Below are positions 29,567 to 40,286 of a DNA stretch of 64,000 nucleotides, piece by piece. The notes beneath the pieces are model-generated. The model was not told the origin of the DNA. It searched no databases and saw nothing but the letters and a program-made list of their open reading frames with translations. Position 1 is the first letter of the stretch. Each line of letters begins with the position of its first letter. Source of the DNA: Thermotogota bacterium. GTDB taxonomy: Bacteria; Thermotogota; Thermotogae; Petrotogales; Petrotogaceae. The stretch is from the NCBI GenBank assembly GCA_029780115.1, contig JAKOZG010000004.1, positions 248,607 through 312,606 of the forward strand. Reading direction: 5' to 3'. The position numbers and the translations under genes are program-made.

Positions 29567-30482
29567 TAGTATTTTTCACTCCTTCTTTTAAATTGAATGA
29601 AGGTTGCCAGTTTAAAATCCGTTTGGCTTTTTCATTTGAAAGCACACTTACCTCTAAATCTCCAGGCCTTTTCGGTTGATATATAGGAGATTTTTTGTAG
29701 TTAGTTTCTTCTTTCATTATTTTAAAAAGCTCGTTTATACTTGTTGCTTCATTACATGAGATATTTAATATTTCGTTATCAGCATTGTTTATGGATAAAA
29801 TGTTAGCTTCGACAACGTCATAAACATGAATAAAATCTCTTATCTGTTCCCCATTTCCGTAGATTTCAACTTCTTGGTTCTTTAGCATGTTTTCTGTGAA
29901 TATTGCAACTACACCTGCTTCGCCTTTAGGAGTTTGTTTAGGCCCATAAACATTAGAATATCTTAATATTGTATAATTCAGTGAAAATTCTTTTGAAAAA
30001 AATTTTATGTAATGTTCACAAGCTAATTTGGAAATAGCGTATGGACTTATTGGATTTGGACAAAAATCTTCCGTTGTAGGTATAGGAGCATTCTCCCCAT
30101 AGATTGCTCCACCAGATGAAGAAAATATTATCTTTTTAACTCCATATTTAGAAGATAAGGACAATATATTTAAAGTACCCATAATGTTTATTTCTGCATC
30201 TTTTTTTGGGTTATCGACAGATTCTGGTACAGAAATTTGAGCTGCTAGATGAAAAACATAGTCAAAATGATGAGTTTCAAAAATGATTTCTAGGACTTTG
30301 TAGTCCCTAATATCTTGATGATAAAATAAAGCTAAAGGAGACAACAAATTTATCTTACCAGTTGAAAGATCGTCCACTACCACTACTGAATGGCCTTCTT
30401 CTACTAATCTATCGACTAAATTTGAACCAATAAACCCAGCCCCACCGGTTACAAGTATTTTGTATTTGTTTTTGTCAGACAT
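29541..30482 (-). CDS. NAD-dependent epimerase/dehydratase (UDP-glucose 4-epimerase-like).
   Basis: Rossmann motif ILVTGGAGFIGSNL. Catalytic YAISK (YxxxK). Confidence 0.8.
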   Translation of the reverse strand: MSDKNKYKILVTGGAGFIGSNLVDRLVEEGHSVVVVDDLSTGKINLLSPLALFYHQDIRDYKVLEIIFETHHFDYVFHLAAQISVPESVDNPKKDAEINIMGTLNILSLSSKYGVKKIIFSSSGGAIYGENAPIPTTEDFCPNPISPYAISKLACEHYIKFFSKEFSLNYTILRYSNVYGPKQTPKGEAGVVAIFTENMLKNQEVEIYGNGEQIRDFIHVYDVVEANILSINNADNEILNISCNEATSINELFKIMKEETNYKKSPIYQPKRPGDLEVSVLSNEKAKRILNWQPSFNLKEGVKNTIEWYRTSV

Positions 30483-31025
30483 GATTACCTCCTATATTTT
30501 ATTGATTTGGTCACTTTAGAAATTTTAAAACATGCATTTATAAATTCAAAATCTTATTTTTCAAAAATCTTCATATCTAAAGTGCCTATTTATTAATTTT
30601 CTTCTCAAACATTATTATAACATTTATTTAATTTATTATAGAATTTATATTCTAATTAGATATTCGATCACTTCAAAGTTGAATCTAATCTAAATTATAT
30701 TTGAATCTCTGGATTTTAATCGAGGTGATGGAGGTGTGTCCTACCCCCCTAAACAACTATTAAAACTTAAGAATTTGTCTTCATTTTATCAGAACACAAA
30801 TTGGGGGATTGTACCTTTCTGCCATGTTTCCAAATTCGAAATCCTCACTTTAAGAAACAATTTTTTCTAAAAGATATAAACAATTAACACTGATTGAAAA
30901 TATTAATGTTAAAAATTTCTAGAAACAATACTAATTTTGTGTTATAATTACTTAATAATTGTTAATAATATCGGGAATTGTTATATGTAAAAAAAAAAAG
31001 AGTTTAATTTTTATCAATTTATATC

Positions 31026-31736
31026 TTGGAGTGTGTTTTCATGGATGCATTAGAGTTTGAAAATAGAGTCAAGAAAATAGATGAAGTTTACAGAAGTCTA
31101 AATATTTATTCTCCTAATAAATCTCACCTTCCAACTCATGCAAGTGTTTTTTTATTGGCAACATGTCCAGCTAAAAATGGATATAGAATTGTAGAGCTAG
31201 GCAGTGGTGTTGGACATGTTTGTTTAGCTTTATCAAAATTAACAGAAAGTAGTCAAATTTATGGTATTGAAGTTCAAGAAGAATTATTTGCATGGTCTTT
31301 AAATAATAAGCAAATCAATTGTAATAAAAATGTTGAGTTTTATAATTTAAACGTTAAAGATGTAAAAAAATTTTTCAACACCGAATTTGCTGATTTAGTT
31401 ATCTCAAATCCTCCACATTATTTTGATGGATTAAAAAGTGAGCGAGAAGACAGAAGAATGGCTAGATCTGCAGATAACTTAGCGTTGTTAGAAGATTTTT
31501 TCTACGCTGCTAAATATCTTTTAAAAAATAAAAGCTTGGGTTGTTTTGTAATACACCCAGCAATTTTATCAGACGTTTTTATTATCTTAGAAAGAAACAA
31601 TCTTGAACCTCAGCAAATGTATATAGGATATGGAAATAGAAATAAAGAAGCTCAACTGATTTCTTTAATTTTTAGAAAGAACGGCGGAAGGAATTTAGTG
31701 ATTCATCCCCCAATATTCTTAGATACAATTAAATAA
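31026..31736 (+). CDS. Small class I SAM-dependent methyltransferase with an NPPH motif (TrmN6/YfiC-like N6-adenine RNA methyltransferase family).
   Basis: VELGSGVGHVCLAL SAM motif. NPPHYF motif IV. Confidence 0.6.
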   Translation: MECVFMDALEFENRVKKIDEVYRSLNIYSPNKSHLPTHASVFLLATCPAKNGYRIVELGSGVGHVCLALSKLTESSQIYGIEVQEELFAWSLNNKQINCNKNVEFYNLNVKDVKKFFNTEFADLVISNPPHYFDGLKSEREDRRMARSADNLALLEDFFYAAKYLLKNKSLGCFVIHPAILSDVFIILERNNLEPQQMYIGYGNRNKEAQLISLIFRKNGGRNLVIHPPIFLDTIK

Positions 31737-31765
31737 ATTTTTGAAAATTACGAATTTGATTTTGA

Positions 31766-32200
31766 AAAGTATCCAGAAAGAATTGTCGATATCCTACTGA
31801 AGTGGCGTTAGTTAAAACTTTTGGTGTATATTCTTTGACAACTGGCCCTGGCATCCATGGACATCTACCATATCCTTTTCAATCTCACGTTCTCGTAGAT
31901 GTCAGATCAATAAATAAGATTGAGATCGGATTTAGAACCACAAGCTTTGGCAGAATCACTTCTTATGTATACGTTGACAAAGAAGCTCTAATGATTACAG
32001 GAGGCCAAAATATCATAAGTATCGAAGACATTGTTCAATATAGAGTCAATGATCCTGTTGCATATCCTTTTAATGTAATTCAAGGATATGATTTAGTTAA
32101 ATTCACTTCCGAAAATGTTTTGCGAGAAATGGTCGCGTTATTAGAGTTAGAAAAAGTATTAACGACAGAAAGGGATAAAGTATCTATAAAAATCTTTTAA
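31766..32200 (+). pseudogene. HflK/HflC (SPFH, band-7) gene fragment lacking the N-terminal TM segment and the C-terminal half.
   Basis: GPGIHGHLPYPFQSHVLVDVRS and ALMITGGQNIISIEDIVQYRVNDPVAYPFNV match the HflK core. Similarity continues upstream to an in-frame stop at 31763 with no TM segment or start codon. The ORF ends after about 130 aa. Confidence 0.5.
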
Positions 32201-32231
32201 GGAGGAGGACTTCAAACTGAACGTTTTAGAT

Positions 32232-33221
32232 ATGATAACTCTCAAAGAGGCATATAAGAAAACCAATCAAGAATTAATAGAACTTGTAGATACTGAAAGA
32301 TTACCTATAGTTTTTAAAGAAGATTTTGAAGAAAAAAAGAGAGCTATTTTAAAAAAATTGAACAATGTAAAAGATTTAAAAATTTTGACTTATTGGGATG
32401 AAGCATATCCAGATCTCCTAAAAGAAACAAACGATCCTCCCGTTGTTATTTACTATTTAGGCGATATTTCTTTAATGAAAAGTAAAAAAGTTTCGATCGT
32501 TGGAACTCGAAAACCAACTAGTTATGGGAAAATGATTTGTGAGAAGATAGCTCATACACTCGACAGTTATACTGTTGTCAGTGGATTGGCTTATGGTATA
32601 GATTCCATTGCACATTTGAATTCAAAAAAAACAATCGCTGTTTTAGGAAATGGAATAGATATAATTTACCCTAAATCAAATGAGAATTTATACACTAAAA
32701 TAAAAAATGAAGGATTAGTTATTTCAGAATACTTTCCCGGGACTCATCCGGCAAAATACACATTCCCTTATAGAAATAGAATAATAGCAGGACTTTCAGA
32801 AAAAACAATTGTAGTGGAAGCTTCAAAAAAAAGTGGTTCGCTTATTACTGCTAGATATGCTCTTGACTACGGAAGAGAAGTTTTGGCAGTACCTGGGGAT
32901 ATTACCCGCTTAAATTCTTACGGAACGAATTACTTAATATATAATGGAGCTACTCCTATTATTTCTTCTGAACAACTCAGAGAAATATTTGGAATAAACA
33001 ACGGTTTTGTTAACACTGCTAATACATCAAAAGATAAAAGTTCTTTTATAGAACAAAATATACTTAAATTAATAGCTGATGGAAAGGATAATTTAGATTT
33101 AATTTGTGATTCTTTAAGCGATGATGTATCCTTAATTTTATCAACAATAATGAAAATGGAAATAGAGGGAAAAATTGTACAAGAAAATGGAGTTTACTAT
33201 ATTTTTAAAGAAGGAGAGTGA
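32232..33221 (+). CDS. dprA: DNA processing protein DprA (Smf).
   Basis: [13 protein letters not shown] motif. Rossmann-like DprA core. C-terminal winged-helix-like tail. Confidence 0.85.
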   Translation: MITLKEAYKKTNQELIELVDTERLPIVFKEDFEEKKRAILKKLNNVKDLKILTYWDEAYPDLLKETNDPPVVIYYLGDISLMKSKKVSIVGTRKPTSYGKMICEKIAHTLDSYTVVSGLAYGIDSIAHLNSKKTIAVLGNGIDIIYPKSNENLYTKIKNEGLVISEYFPGTHPAKYTFPYRNRIIAGLSEKTIVVEASKKSGSLITARYALDYGREVLAVPGDITRLNSYGTNYLIYNGATPIISSEQLREIFGINNGFVNTANTSKDKSSFIEQNILKLIADGKDNLDLICDSLSDDVSLILSTIMKMEIEGKIVQENGVYYIFKEGE

Positions 33222-33225
33222 TCCC

Positions 33226-35412
33226 ATGCCAATATTAACAGACGATGAGATTAAAATGTTAATAAATGCAGAGTGCCATGATCCTTTTATCTATCTTGGT
33301 TTAAGAAAATTAAACGAAAAAAATTTAGTAGTAAGAACTATACAACCTTTTGCGGAAGAAGCATATTTGTTGGCTAAAGAGAAAAAAATCAAGTTAGATA
33401 AAATACATCCTAATGGGCTTTTTGAAAAGAAGATAGAAGGTGAAGAATTTTTTGATTATGAATTTGAATATGTGTCTAAAGATGGTAATAAATGGAGAAC
33501 TATGGATCCTTATTCTTTTTTGCCCGTTATTTCTGAATACGATAGATATTTGTTTAACGAGGGAAACCACTATAAAATTTACGAAAAATTAGGTGCACAT
33601 CCTCTGCAAATAAAAGGTGTCAATGGGGTGTTATTTGCGACATGGGCCCCAAATGCTAAAAGGGTTAGTGTTGTGGGCAATTTTAATAATTGGGATGGTA
33701 GAGTTCACCAAATGAGGGTGCTTGGATCATCTGGAATTTGGGAAATTTTCATTCCGGGTGTAGTGGAAGGAGATTTGTACAAATTTGAAATTAAAACTCA
33801 AAGTGGAGAATTACTTATAAAAACGGATCCATATGGGACCTATTTTGAAGTTCGACCCAACACAGCTGCGATAGTCTACGATGTAAATGACAAGCATAAG
33901 TGGCAAGATAAGAAGTGGATGGAACAAAGAAAAGACGTGAATTGGTTTGAAGAACCAATGACTATTTATGAAGTTCATTTGGGATCATGGGCTCGAAAAG
34001 ATGGAAATGAGTTTTTAACTTATAGAGAGTTAGCTGATAAATTGGTAAAACATGTTAAACAACATAATTTTACACATATCGAATTGCTTCCGATAGCTGA
34101 ACATCCTTTAGACATTTCGTGGGGTTATCAAGTGACTGGATATTTTGCTCCCACAAGCCGATTTGGCAAACCTGAAGATTTCATGTATTTTGTTGACGTT
34201 ATGCATCAAAATGGTATAGGAGTTTTTGTAGATTGGGTTCCTGGACATTTTCCAAAAGATGCATTTGCTTTAGGTAGATTTGATGGAACTGCTTTGTATG
34301 AACATCTGGATCCTAGACTTGGAGAACATAAAGATTGGGGAACATATATCTTTAATTATGGAAGACATGAAGTGAAAAACTTTTTGTTATCAAACGCTTT
34401 GTTTTGGCTCGAAAAATATCATGTAGATGGATTAAGGGTAGATGCTGTTGCTTCGATGATTTATTTAGATTATAGCAGAAAAGATGGTGAGTGGATTCCT
34501 AATAAATATGGAGGAAGAGAAAATTTAGAAGCAATCGATTTTTTAAAGCATCTGAATACAGTTACTTACCAGTATTTTCCAGGAATATTAACAATAGCAG
34601 AAGAATCTACAGCCTTCCCAGGAATAACAAAGCCTGTTCATTTTGGTGGGTTGGGCTTTTCTTATAAATGGAATATGGGATGGATGAATGACACTTTACG
34701 ATATTTCAGCAAAGATCCTATATTTAGAAAATATCATCAAAATGATCTAACTTTTTCATTACTTTATGCCTTTTCAGAAAATTTTATACTTTCTATATCG
34801 CATGATGAAGTGGTTCATGGAAAAAGGTCTCTTTTAGAAAAAATGCCGGGAGATGATTGGCAAAAATTTGCTAATCTCAGGTTATTTTATTCTTATATGT
34901 ATGCTCATCCTGGTAAGAAGTTACTTTTTATGGGTTCTGAAATTGCTCAAAGAAAGGAATGGGATTGTTTACATAGTTTAGATTGGCATTTGCTACAATA
35001 CGAACCCCATCAGAAAATTAGCTTATTTTTAAAAGATTTAAATAAAATTTATAAAGATCACAAATCTCTTTTTGAAGTAGATCATAGTTATGATGGCTTT
35101 GAATGGATAGATTTCAATGATACTGATAACAGTGTTATTTCATTTATAAGAAAATCTAAAAATGTTGAAGAGATAATGGTTTGCGTTTTTAATTTCACTC
35201 CTGTGCCAAGAGAAAATTATCGGATAGGAGTTCCAAAAAAGGGTGTTTATCAAGAAATATTAAATAGTGATTGGAAAGAATACTATGGCAGTGGGGTTGA
35301 TAATCCCAGAGAAGTTTATTCACAAGATGTTCCCATGCATGGAAGAGAACAATCCGTTATCTTGACCTTGCCTCCATTGGCTGGAATGTATTTTAAATAT
35401 GTAATAAAATAA
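33226..35412 (+). CDS. glgB: 1,4-alpha-glucan branching enzyme (GH13). Start at the ATG at 33226 with SD GGAGAG, 5 nt after the dprA stop.
   Basis: GH13 catalytic regions [10 protein letters not shown] and EESTAFPG. Length about 729 aa. Confidence 0.9.
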   Translation: MPILTDDEIKMLINAECHDPFIYLGLRKLNEKNLVVRTIQPFAEEAYLLAKEKKIKLDKIHPNGLFEKKIEGEEFFDYEFEYVSKDGNKWRTMDPYSFLPVISEYDRYLFNEGNHYKIYEKLGAHPLQIKGVNGVLFATWAPNAKRVSVVGNFNNWDGRVHQMRVLGSSGIWEIFIPGVVEGDLYKFEIKTQSGELLIKTDPYGTYFEVRPNTAAIVYDVNDKHKWQDKKWMEQRKDVNWFEEPMTIYEVHLGSWARKDGNEFLTYRELADKLVKHVKQHNFTHIELLPIAEHPLDISWGYQVTGYFAPTSRFGKPEDFMYFVDVMHQNGIGVFVDWVPGHFPKDAFALGRFDGTALYEHLDPRLGEHKDWGTYIFNYGRHEVKNFLLSNALFWLEKYHVDGLRVDAVASMIYLDYSRKDGEWIPNKYGGRENLEAIDFLKHLNTVTYQYFPGILTIAEESTAFPGITKPVHFGGLGFSYKWNMGWMNDTLRYFSKDPIFRKYHQNDLTFSLLYAFSENFILSISHDEVVHGKRSLLEKMPGDDWQKFANLRLFYSYMYAHPGKKLLFMGSEIAQRKEWDCLHSLDWHLLQYEPHQKISLFLKDLNKIYKDHKSLFEVDHSYDGFEWIDFNDTDNSVISFIRKSKNVEEIMVCVFNFTPVPRENYRIGVPKKGVYQEILNSDWKEYYGSGVDNPREVYSQDVPMHGREQSVILTLPPLAGMYFKYVIK

Positions 35413-35448
35413 ATTTTTTCAAACAACAATATTGGAGAAGATTTAGCC

Positions 35449-36216
35449 ATGGTTTTAAAAGCTTACGGAAAAGTTAATCTTTATCTCGATGTGCTAAGAA
35501 AAAGAAGCGACGGTTATCATGACATATTAACACTTTTTCAATCTATAAAAGAACATGATATTATTTTTGTAGATTTTGCTGAAAAAGAATTATTTGAGAG
35601 TCAGCCAAAATTGTCTATACCATGGGAAGCAAACATTTTAAAGAAAACTATAGAAGTGTTTAAAAGTCAAACAGGCATTCATGATTTTAACTTAAAAATA
35701 AAATTAATTAAAAAACTTCCAGTAGGAGGAGGATTAGGCGGTGGAAGTGCTGATTCCGCCGCCTTATTAAATTTTCTGTCTAAAAATTTTAATATACCAG
35801 AAGAAGATATTTTTGAAATAGCCAAAAAAATAGGAAGTGATGTTCCTTTTCTATTAAGAGGAGGGACAGCGATAGGAAGAGGAAGAGGAGAGATATTAGA
35901 GTTCTTGGAGCCATTGGAGATTAAGATAGAAATATATCCCATGTCAGCGAAATTAGAAACTAAAAAGATGTATGAACTCTTAGATCAACAATGGAAAGAA
36001 ATAAAGCATCACGGAAATCCCTATCTTCTATACGATGCATTAAAAAACAAAAACGCTGAAGGTGCTAAAGAAAATGCCTTCAACGTTTTTGAACAAGTTG
36101 CTTTTAGGATTTTCCCACAGTTAGAATTACAAAAATTAGTTTTAGAAAAAGAAGAAGGCACTATTTTTGCTCTTATGAGCGGGTCAGGTAGCACTCTCTT
36201 TAGAGTTTATGAGTAA
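35449..36216 (+). CDS. ispE: 4-diphosphocytidyl-2-C-methyl-D-erythritol kinase.
   Basis: KVNLYLDVLRKRSDGYHDI and GHMP-kinase motif PVGGGLGGGSADSAA. Confidence 0.85.
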   Translation: MVLKAYGKVNLYLDVLRKRSDGYHDILTLFQSIKEHDIIFVDFAEKELFESQPKLSIPWEANILKKTIEVFKSQTGIHDFNLKIKLIKKLPVGGGLGGGSADSAALLNFLSKNFNIPEEDIFEIAKKIGSDVPFLLRGGTAIGRGRGEILEFLEPLEIKIEIYPMSAKLETKKMYELLDQQWKEIKHHGNPYLLYDALKNKNAEGAKENAFNVFEQVAFRIFPQLELQKLVLEKEEGTIFALMSGSGSTLFRVYE

Positions 36217-36235
36217 AAAATTATTTTAGATATTT

Positions 36236-36496
36236 TTAGATATATTGTCGGTCCAATTTATAGACAAAAGCTATGATTTCAGCAGCTATTTCATAAAGTT
36301 CGGGTGGTATTTCATCATTTAAATCAAGAGCATAGAAATCTTCTACCGCTTTTTCATTCTTAATAATAGGTATATTTTCTTTTTCAGCAATCTCCAGAAT
36401 TCTTTGGGCTATAAGATTCATACCTTTTGCTACTACTTTTGGTGCATTATCTACTCCCCTTTTATATCGTAAAGCAACTGCTTTCTTTTTTTCCAT
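36236..36496 (-). CDS. FlhB C-terminal-domain-like small protein (EscU/YscU/HrcU family, YlqH-like).
   Basis: 86-aa protein with the VVAKG...IA..I.E.A.E..IPI motif typical of FlhB_C domain paralogs. Confidence 0.65.
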   Translation of the reverse strand: MEKKKAVALRYKRGVDNAPKVVAKGMNLIAQRILEIAEKENIPIIKNEKAVEDFYALDLNDEIPPELYEIAAEIIAFVYKLDRQYI

Positions 36497-36502
36497 TTAT
36501 TT

Positions 36503-37540
36503 TCATCTCACTTTTAAAGATAAAAAATCTTTTAGGGTTTTAATCACATAATCAATGTCTTCTTTGGAAACCCAATAATTTGTTACAAATCTGAACATGC
36601 CGTTTTCAGGAGCGTTAATTTTTATACCTTTATCTAAAAAGAAGCTCACTATCTCATCTGCGTTACCAATATCTAAAGTAAAAAACACCATATTGATTTG
36701 GATATCATCTAAATTTACCGATACTTGTGGAATTTTACTTAATTCATTTCCTAAGTACTTTGCATTTTGATGATCTTCATACAATCGGCCTCTCATTTTC
36801 TCAAGAGCGATTAATCCTGCTGCAGCTAAGAAACCTACCTGTCTCATCCCTCCGCCCATCAACTTTCTCCTTTTCTTTGCCTTTTCCACAAACATTTTAC
36901 TACCAGCGATTATGGAGCCAACAGGAGCGCATAAACCCTTAGACAAGCAGAACATTATAGAATCACAGTAATTAGTAATTTCTTTAGGATCAATATTTAA
37001 ATAAGTTGCAGCATTAAATACCCTTGCTCCATCCAGGTGAACAGGAATATTGTTTTCTTTTGCTATTTCATATATCTCTTTCATATTTTCAAGAGGGATG
37101 ACTCTGCCATTTGAATGGGCATTTTCTAGACATATTAACCCAGTTGAAGGAAAATGAATGTCTTGTTCACCTTTTCTAATTTTACTTCTAATTTCTTGAG
37201 GAGACATAACTCCCTTATCGCTCTTAAGGGTTCTTAATTGAACTCCAGCTATTACTGATGAAGCACCTACTTCGTGAATTACTATATGGCAACTATCATC
37301 TAGAATAACTTCATTACCTCTCTCACAGTGCGTAAAAATGCAAAGTTGGTTTCCAAAAGTGCCACTAGGAACAAATAGTGCAGCTTCTTTTCCCACGATT
37401 TTAGCCGCATAATCTTCTAACTTTTTAGCTGTTGGATCTTCATCGTATACATCATCGCCAACTTCTGCCTTATACATTGCTTCTCTCATTTCTTGAGTAG
37501 GTTGAGTTACTGTATCACTCCTGATATCAATATATTTCAT
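36503..37540 (-). CDS. ltaE: Low-specificity L-threonine aldolase (PLP, beta-eliminating lyase family).
   Basis: N-terminus IDIRSDTVTQPTQEMREAM. PLP-lysine region SFCLSKGLCAPVGS. Confidence 0.8.
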   Translation of the reverse strand: MKYIDIRSDTVTQPTQEMREAMYKAEVGDDVYDEDPTAKKLEDYAAKIVGKEAALFVPSGTFGNQLCIFTHCERGNEVILDDSCHIVIHEVGASSVIAGVQLRTLKSDKGVMSPQEIRSKIRKGEQDIHFPSTGLICLENAHSNGRVIPLENMKEIYEIAKENNIPVHLDGARVFNAATYLNIDPKEITNYCDSIMFCLSKGLCAPVGSIIAGSKMFVEKAKKRRKLMGGGMRQVGFLAAAGLIALEKMRGRLYEDHQNAKYLGNELSKIPQVSVNLDDIQINMVFFTLDIGNADEIVSFFLDKGIKINAPENGMFRFVTNYWVSKEDIDYVIKTLKDFLSLKVR

Positions 37541-37564
37541 CTGAAATTCACCTCTTTCTATACC

Positions 37565-38437
37565 CTAACGTTTATTGTTTTGTTCTATTTTACTCACAGG
37601 TTTTACTAAACGATTTATAATTTTGTCAGAAAAAGAAGTTAAAAGGATAACTAATATCATTAGAATTGCACCTATTAATTGAAAAGTTGTAAATTTTTCT
37701 TTAAGAAAGATAAAAGAAAATAATGAAGCAAAAATAGGTTCCCCAATAAAAATAAGAACTGTTGAATTAGAACCAACAACTTTTTGATATTTAACCTGAA
37801 CAAAATTTACTAGGACTGTCGCAATTATAGATGTGTATAATGTGGTTACAATAATAGGTTGTGTCAATTTCCAATTAGAACTAAAGGAAAGTAACAAATT
37901 AACTAAAGCCGCAAAAATAAATTGATAAGCTAAGAGTGAGGTTTCTTGAACTATTTTAGAAAATTTTGTTATTAACACAATATGAAATGCAAATAAAATA
38001 GCCCCTATGAAGGTTAAGAAATCACCAATATTAAATCCATGAATACCTCCAAAAAGCATATAAGAACCAAGTAAAGACAAAGGAAAACATATCCATTGAA
38101 CTAAATTAGGTTTTTCTCTTTCAATTAAAAAAGAAATTATTGGAGTAAAGGGAATGTATAAGGATGTGATAAACCCACTTTTAGAAGCATCTGTAAAATT
38201 AATTCCGTAAGTTTGAAGTGCATGGCCCAATCCCAGAATTACTCCAAGTATCATACCATATTTAAAAGACTGTTTTCTCCAAATGATTAAAGAAACAATT
38301 CCTGCTATCGCAAATCTAATAAACAAATATGGAAATGTATATTCATCAGTTAAAACAGCTTTATGAAGTGGGAATGTACTTCCCCATATTAGAGTGACTA
38401 AAAACAAGTTTATATATGCTTTGTATGTTTTTTGCAA
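37565..38437 (-). CDS. EamA/DMT-family transporter (10 TM).
   Basis: Two tandem EamA-like hydrophobic halves. Length 290 aa. Confidence 0.7.
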   Translation of the reverse strand: MQKTYKAYINLFLVTLIWGSTFPLHKAVLTDEYTFPYLFIRFAIAGIVSLIIWRKQSFKYGMILGVILGLGHALQTYGINFTDASKSGFITSLYIPFTPIISFLIEREKPNLVQWICFPLSLLGSYMLFGGIHGFNIGDFLTFIGAILFAFHIVLITKFSKIVQETSLLAYQFIFAALVNLLLSFSSNWKLTQPIIVTTLYTSIIATVLVNFVQVKYQKVVGSNSTVLIFIGEPIFASLFSFIFLKEKFTTFQLIGAILMILVILLTSFSDKIINRLVKPVSKIEQNNKR

Positions 38438-38754
38438 GTATACACCTCCAAATCAAGTTGATACTATCGATAATAATGTCATAAAACTCTAAAGAATATT
38501 TGTTGTCACTGCTTATAGAGGCATTGATAATTATTTTAAAGGTTAAAATACTTTTTATCTTACCAAATATATTTTATCTTTTTCTTTATAATAATATTTA
38601 TCGATTATATTTTACCATGTTTAGATTTTTTATTTTTCAAAGTATAAGAAGAAAATTTGAAACGCACCTATTGTACCCATCAAATCCATAATACATCGCA
38701 AAGAGATTAGGCAATTTTTTATTAAAATGATTCCTATAAAAAATGATATAAATG

Positions 38755-38782
38755 TTGCAAAATAAGTATTTTGTTGTATAAT
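38755..38782 (+). promoter_or_regulatory. Sigma-70-like promoter: TTGCAA, 16-nt spacer, TATAAT. Lies upstream of the YkuK-like gene.
   Basis: Near-consensus -35 and -10 hexamers with correct spacing, about 50 nt upstream of the ORF. Confidence 0.45.
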
Positions 38783-38831
38783 AGTAAAAAAGGAAAAGGG
38801 GGATTTTAACTTCAGATTAAAAAATCCGACG

Positions 38832-39260
38832 TTGGGTTTTGTAGAATCATTAGAAATGCCTGATTTCATTAGAAAATTTTCAGCCAAAGAAGAAGTAAAA
38901 ATATGGGTTGGGACTGACAGCCATTCTAGAAATGGAAATGTTGTGTTCGCAACGGCTATTGTTATTTATAAAATAGGGAGTGGAGGTACTTATTTTTATT
39001 ATCTTACCAAAGAAAACAAAAAATATGATATGTATACCAGGCTTATTAAAGAAACAGAACTAAGTTTAGAAACAGCAAAATATATTGAAGAAGAGCTAAA
39101 ATTGAAAAAACCTGAAATACATTTGGATATAGGATTGAACGGGAAATCTAAAGAAATCTTTAATTCTCTAACTGGCTACGTAAAAGGACTTGGCTATGAC
39201 TGCAAAACAAAACCTTACTCCTTTGCAGCAACAAATATTGCACACCTTTATACAAAATAA
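38832..39260 (+). CDS. YkuK-like RNase-H-fold protein (DUF458).
   Basis: VGTDSHSRNGNVVFATAIVIY and GYVKGLGYDCKTKPYSFAA resemble the YkuK family. The start is uncertain: TTG at 38832 or ATG at 38856. Confidence 0.5.
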   Translation: MGFVESLEMPDFIRKFSAKEEVKIWVGTDSHSRNGNVVFATAIVIYKIGSGGTYFYYLTKENKKYDMYTRLIKETELSLETAKYIEEELKLKKPEIHLDIGLNGKSKEIFNSLTGYVKGLGYDCKTKPYSFAATNIAHLYTK

Positions 39261-39369
39261 ATAAGTGTTGATGAGATGTTTTTTGTTTTATCAATTTTTA
39301 ATTTAATAATAACAGTTAGTTTGTTTCTAAAATGTAATTCAAAATTAACAAAACTTAAGGTGAATAATA

Positions 39370-39428
39370 TTGATTATTTTTTAATAGTTTGATATAATTT
39401 GTCTACACAAGCTTGTGTAGACAAATTT
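39370..39428 (+). promoter_or_regulatory. Promoter TTGATT-17 nt-TATAAT overlapped by a 32-bp perfect palindrome AATTTGTCTACACAAGCTTGTGTAGACAAATT (39397-39428). Candidate autoregulatory operator of the downstream GntR/HutC regulator.
   Basis: Perfect inverted repeat containing GTCTAcAC/GTgTAGAC half-sites that resemble HutC-family GT-N-TA-N-AC operators. It sits over the -10 and +1 positions, 40 nt before the regulator ATG. Confidence 0.6.
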
Positions 39429-39467
39429 GTATATAGTAAAATTTATTAATTTTAGAGGTATGGAACA

Positions 39468-40175
39468 ATGGCGAATAATAAAGTACCTATTTATAAAATT
39501 ATTGCAGATGAAATTACTTCTCGAATATATGAAGGAGAGTATCCCCTTAACTCATATCTTCCTTCAGAAAACGAATTGGCAGAAGAATTTCATGTAACAA
39601 GAACCACAATAAGAAAAGTTTTAGAAGTGTTAAAACATCAAGGAACAATAAAAAGTTATCCAGGACGTGGTTATAAGGTTCAATCTTTGTTGTGGGAACA
39701 AAGTTTACTTAAATTTTATAGTTTTGGTAGAAGTATAGCTACAAAAGTAGATAACTCTAAAACGAAATTAATTTCTATTAATAAAGTTGAAGGATTAGGA
39801 GATGTTGAAAAATTTGAACATTTGGAATTATGGGAGATAACAAGGATCGGGATGGTAGGAGAAATCCCTCTAATTTTGGAAACTTCTTATATACCATGCG
39901 ATTATCTTAAAAAAATAGATAACAAAAAACTTCTTCAAACTAAATCTTTGTATGATTTACTGGAAAGAGAAGGAATCCGATGTGTCAGGGCAAAAGAATA
40001 TTTAGAACCTGTCTTACCTTCTTTAGAAGCTCAAAAGTTATTGGAAGTAGAAGAAAATGTGCCTCTCTTTCAAACAACGCGATATACTTATGACTCGGAT
40101 GATAGATTTGTAGAATTTAGAGAAAGTTTAATTAGAGCTGACTACTTCAAATTTTATACTGAATTAAATTTATAA
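39468..40175 (+). CDS. GntR-family transcriptional regulator, HutC subfamily (N-terminal wHTH plus C-terminal UTRA domain).
   Basis: PIYKIIADEITSRIYEGEYPLNSYLPSENELAEEFHVTRTTIRKVLEVL is a canonical GntR HTH. C-terminal UTRA-like region. Confidence 0.85.
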   Translation: MANNKVPIYKIIADEITSRIYEGEYPLNSYLPSENELAEEFHVTRTTIRKVLEVLKHQGTIKSYPGRGYKVQSLLWEQSLLKFYSFGRSIATKVDNSKTKLISINKVEGLGDVEKFEHLELWEITRIGMVGEIPLILETSYIPCDYLKKIDNKKLLQTKSLYDLLEREGIRCVRAKEYLEPVLPSLEAQKLLEVEENVPLFQTTRYTYDSDDRFVEFRESLIRADYFKFYTELNL

Positions 40176-40286
40176 TAACAATTTCATTCCAACTAATTTA
40201 ATTAAGTTTAAAAAGTATGATTATTTTCAATGGGGTTTTATATTATTTATCCCCTTTTTTTTATATAAAAAATTACTATACTATGA

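Noticed and set aside
30820-30850. tRNA-like T-loop sequence TTCGAAATCC
   Set aside because: No acceptor stem, D-arm or anticodon arm can be folded around it. It is most likely chance similarity.
38500-38887. Small hydrophobic ORFs (63 aa and 85 aa) in the eamA-ykuK intergenic region
   Set aside because: Composition-driven Phe/Ile/Leu-rich translations of AT-rich DNA. No SD is present, and they overlap a predicted promoter.
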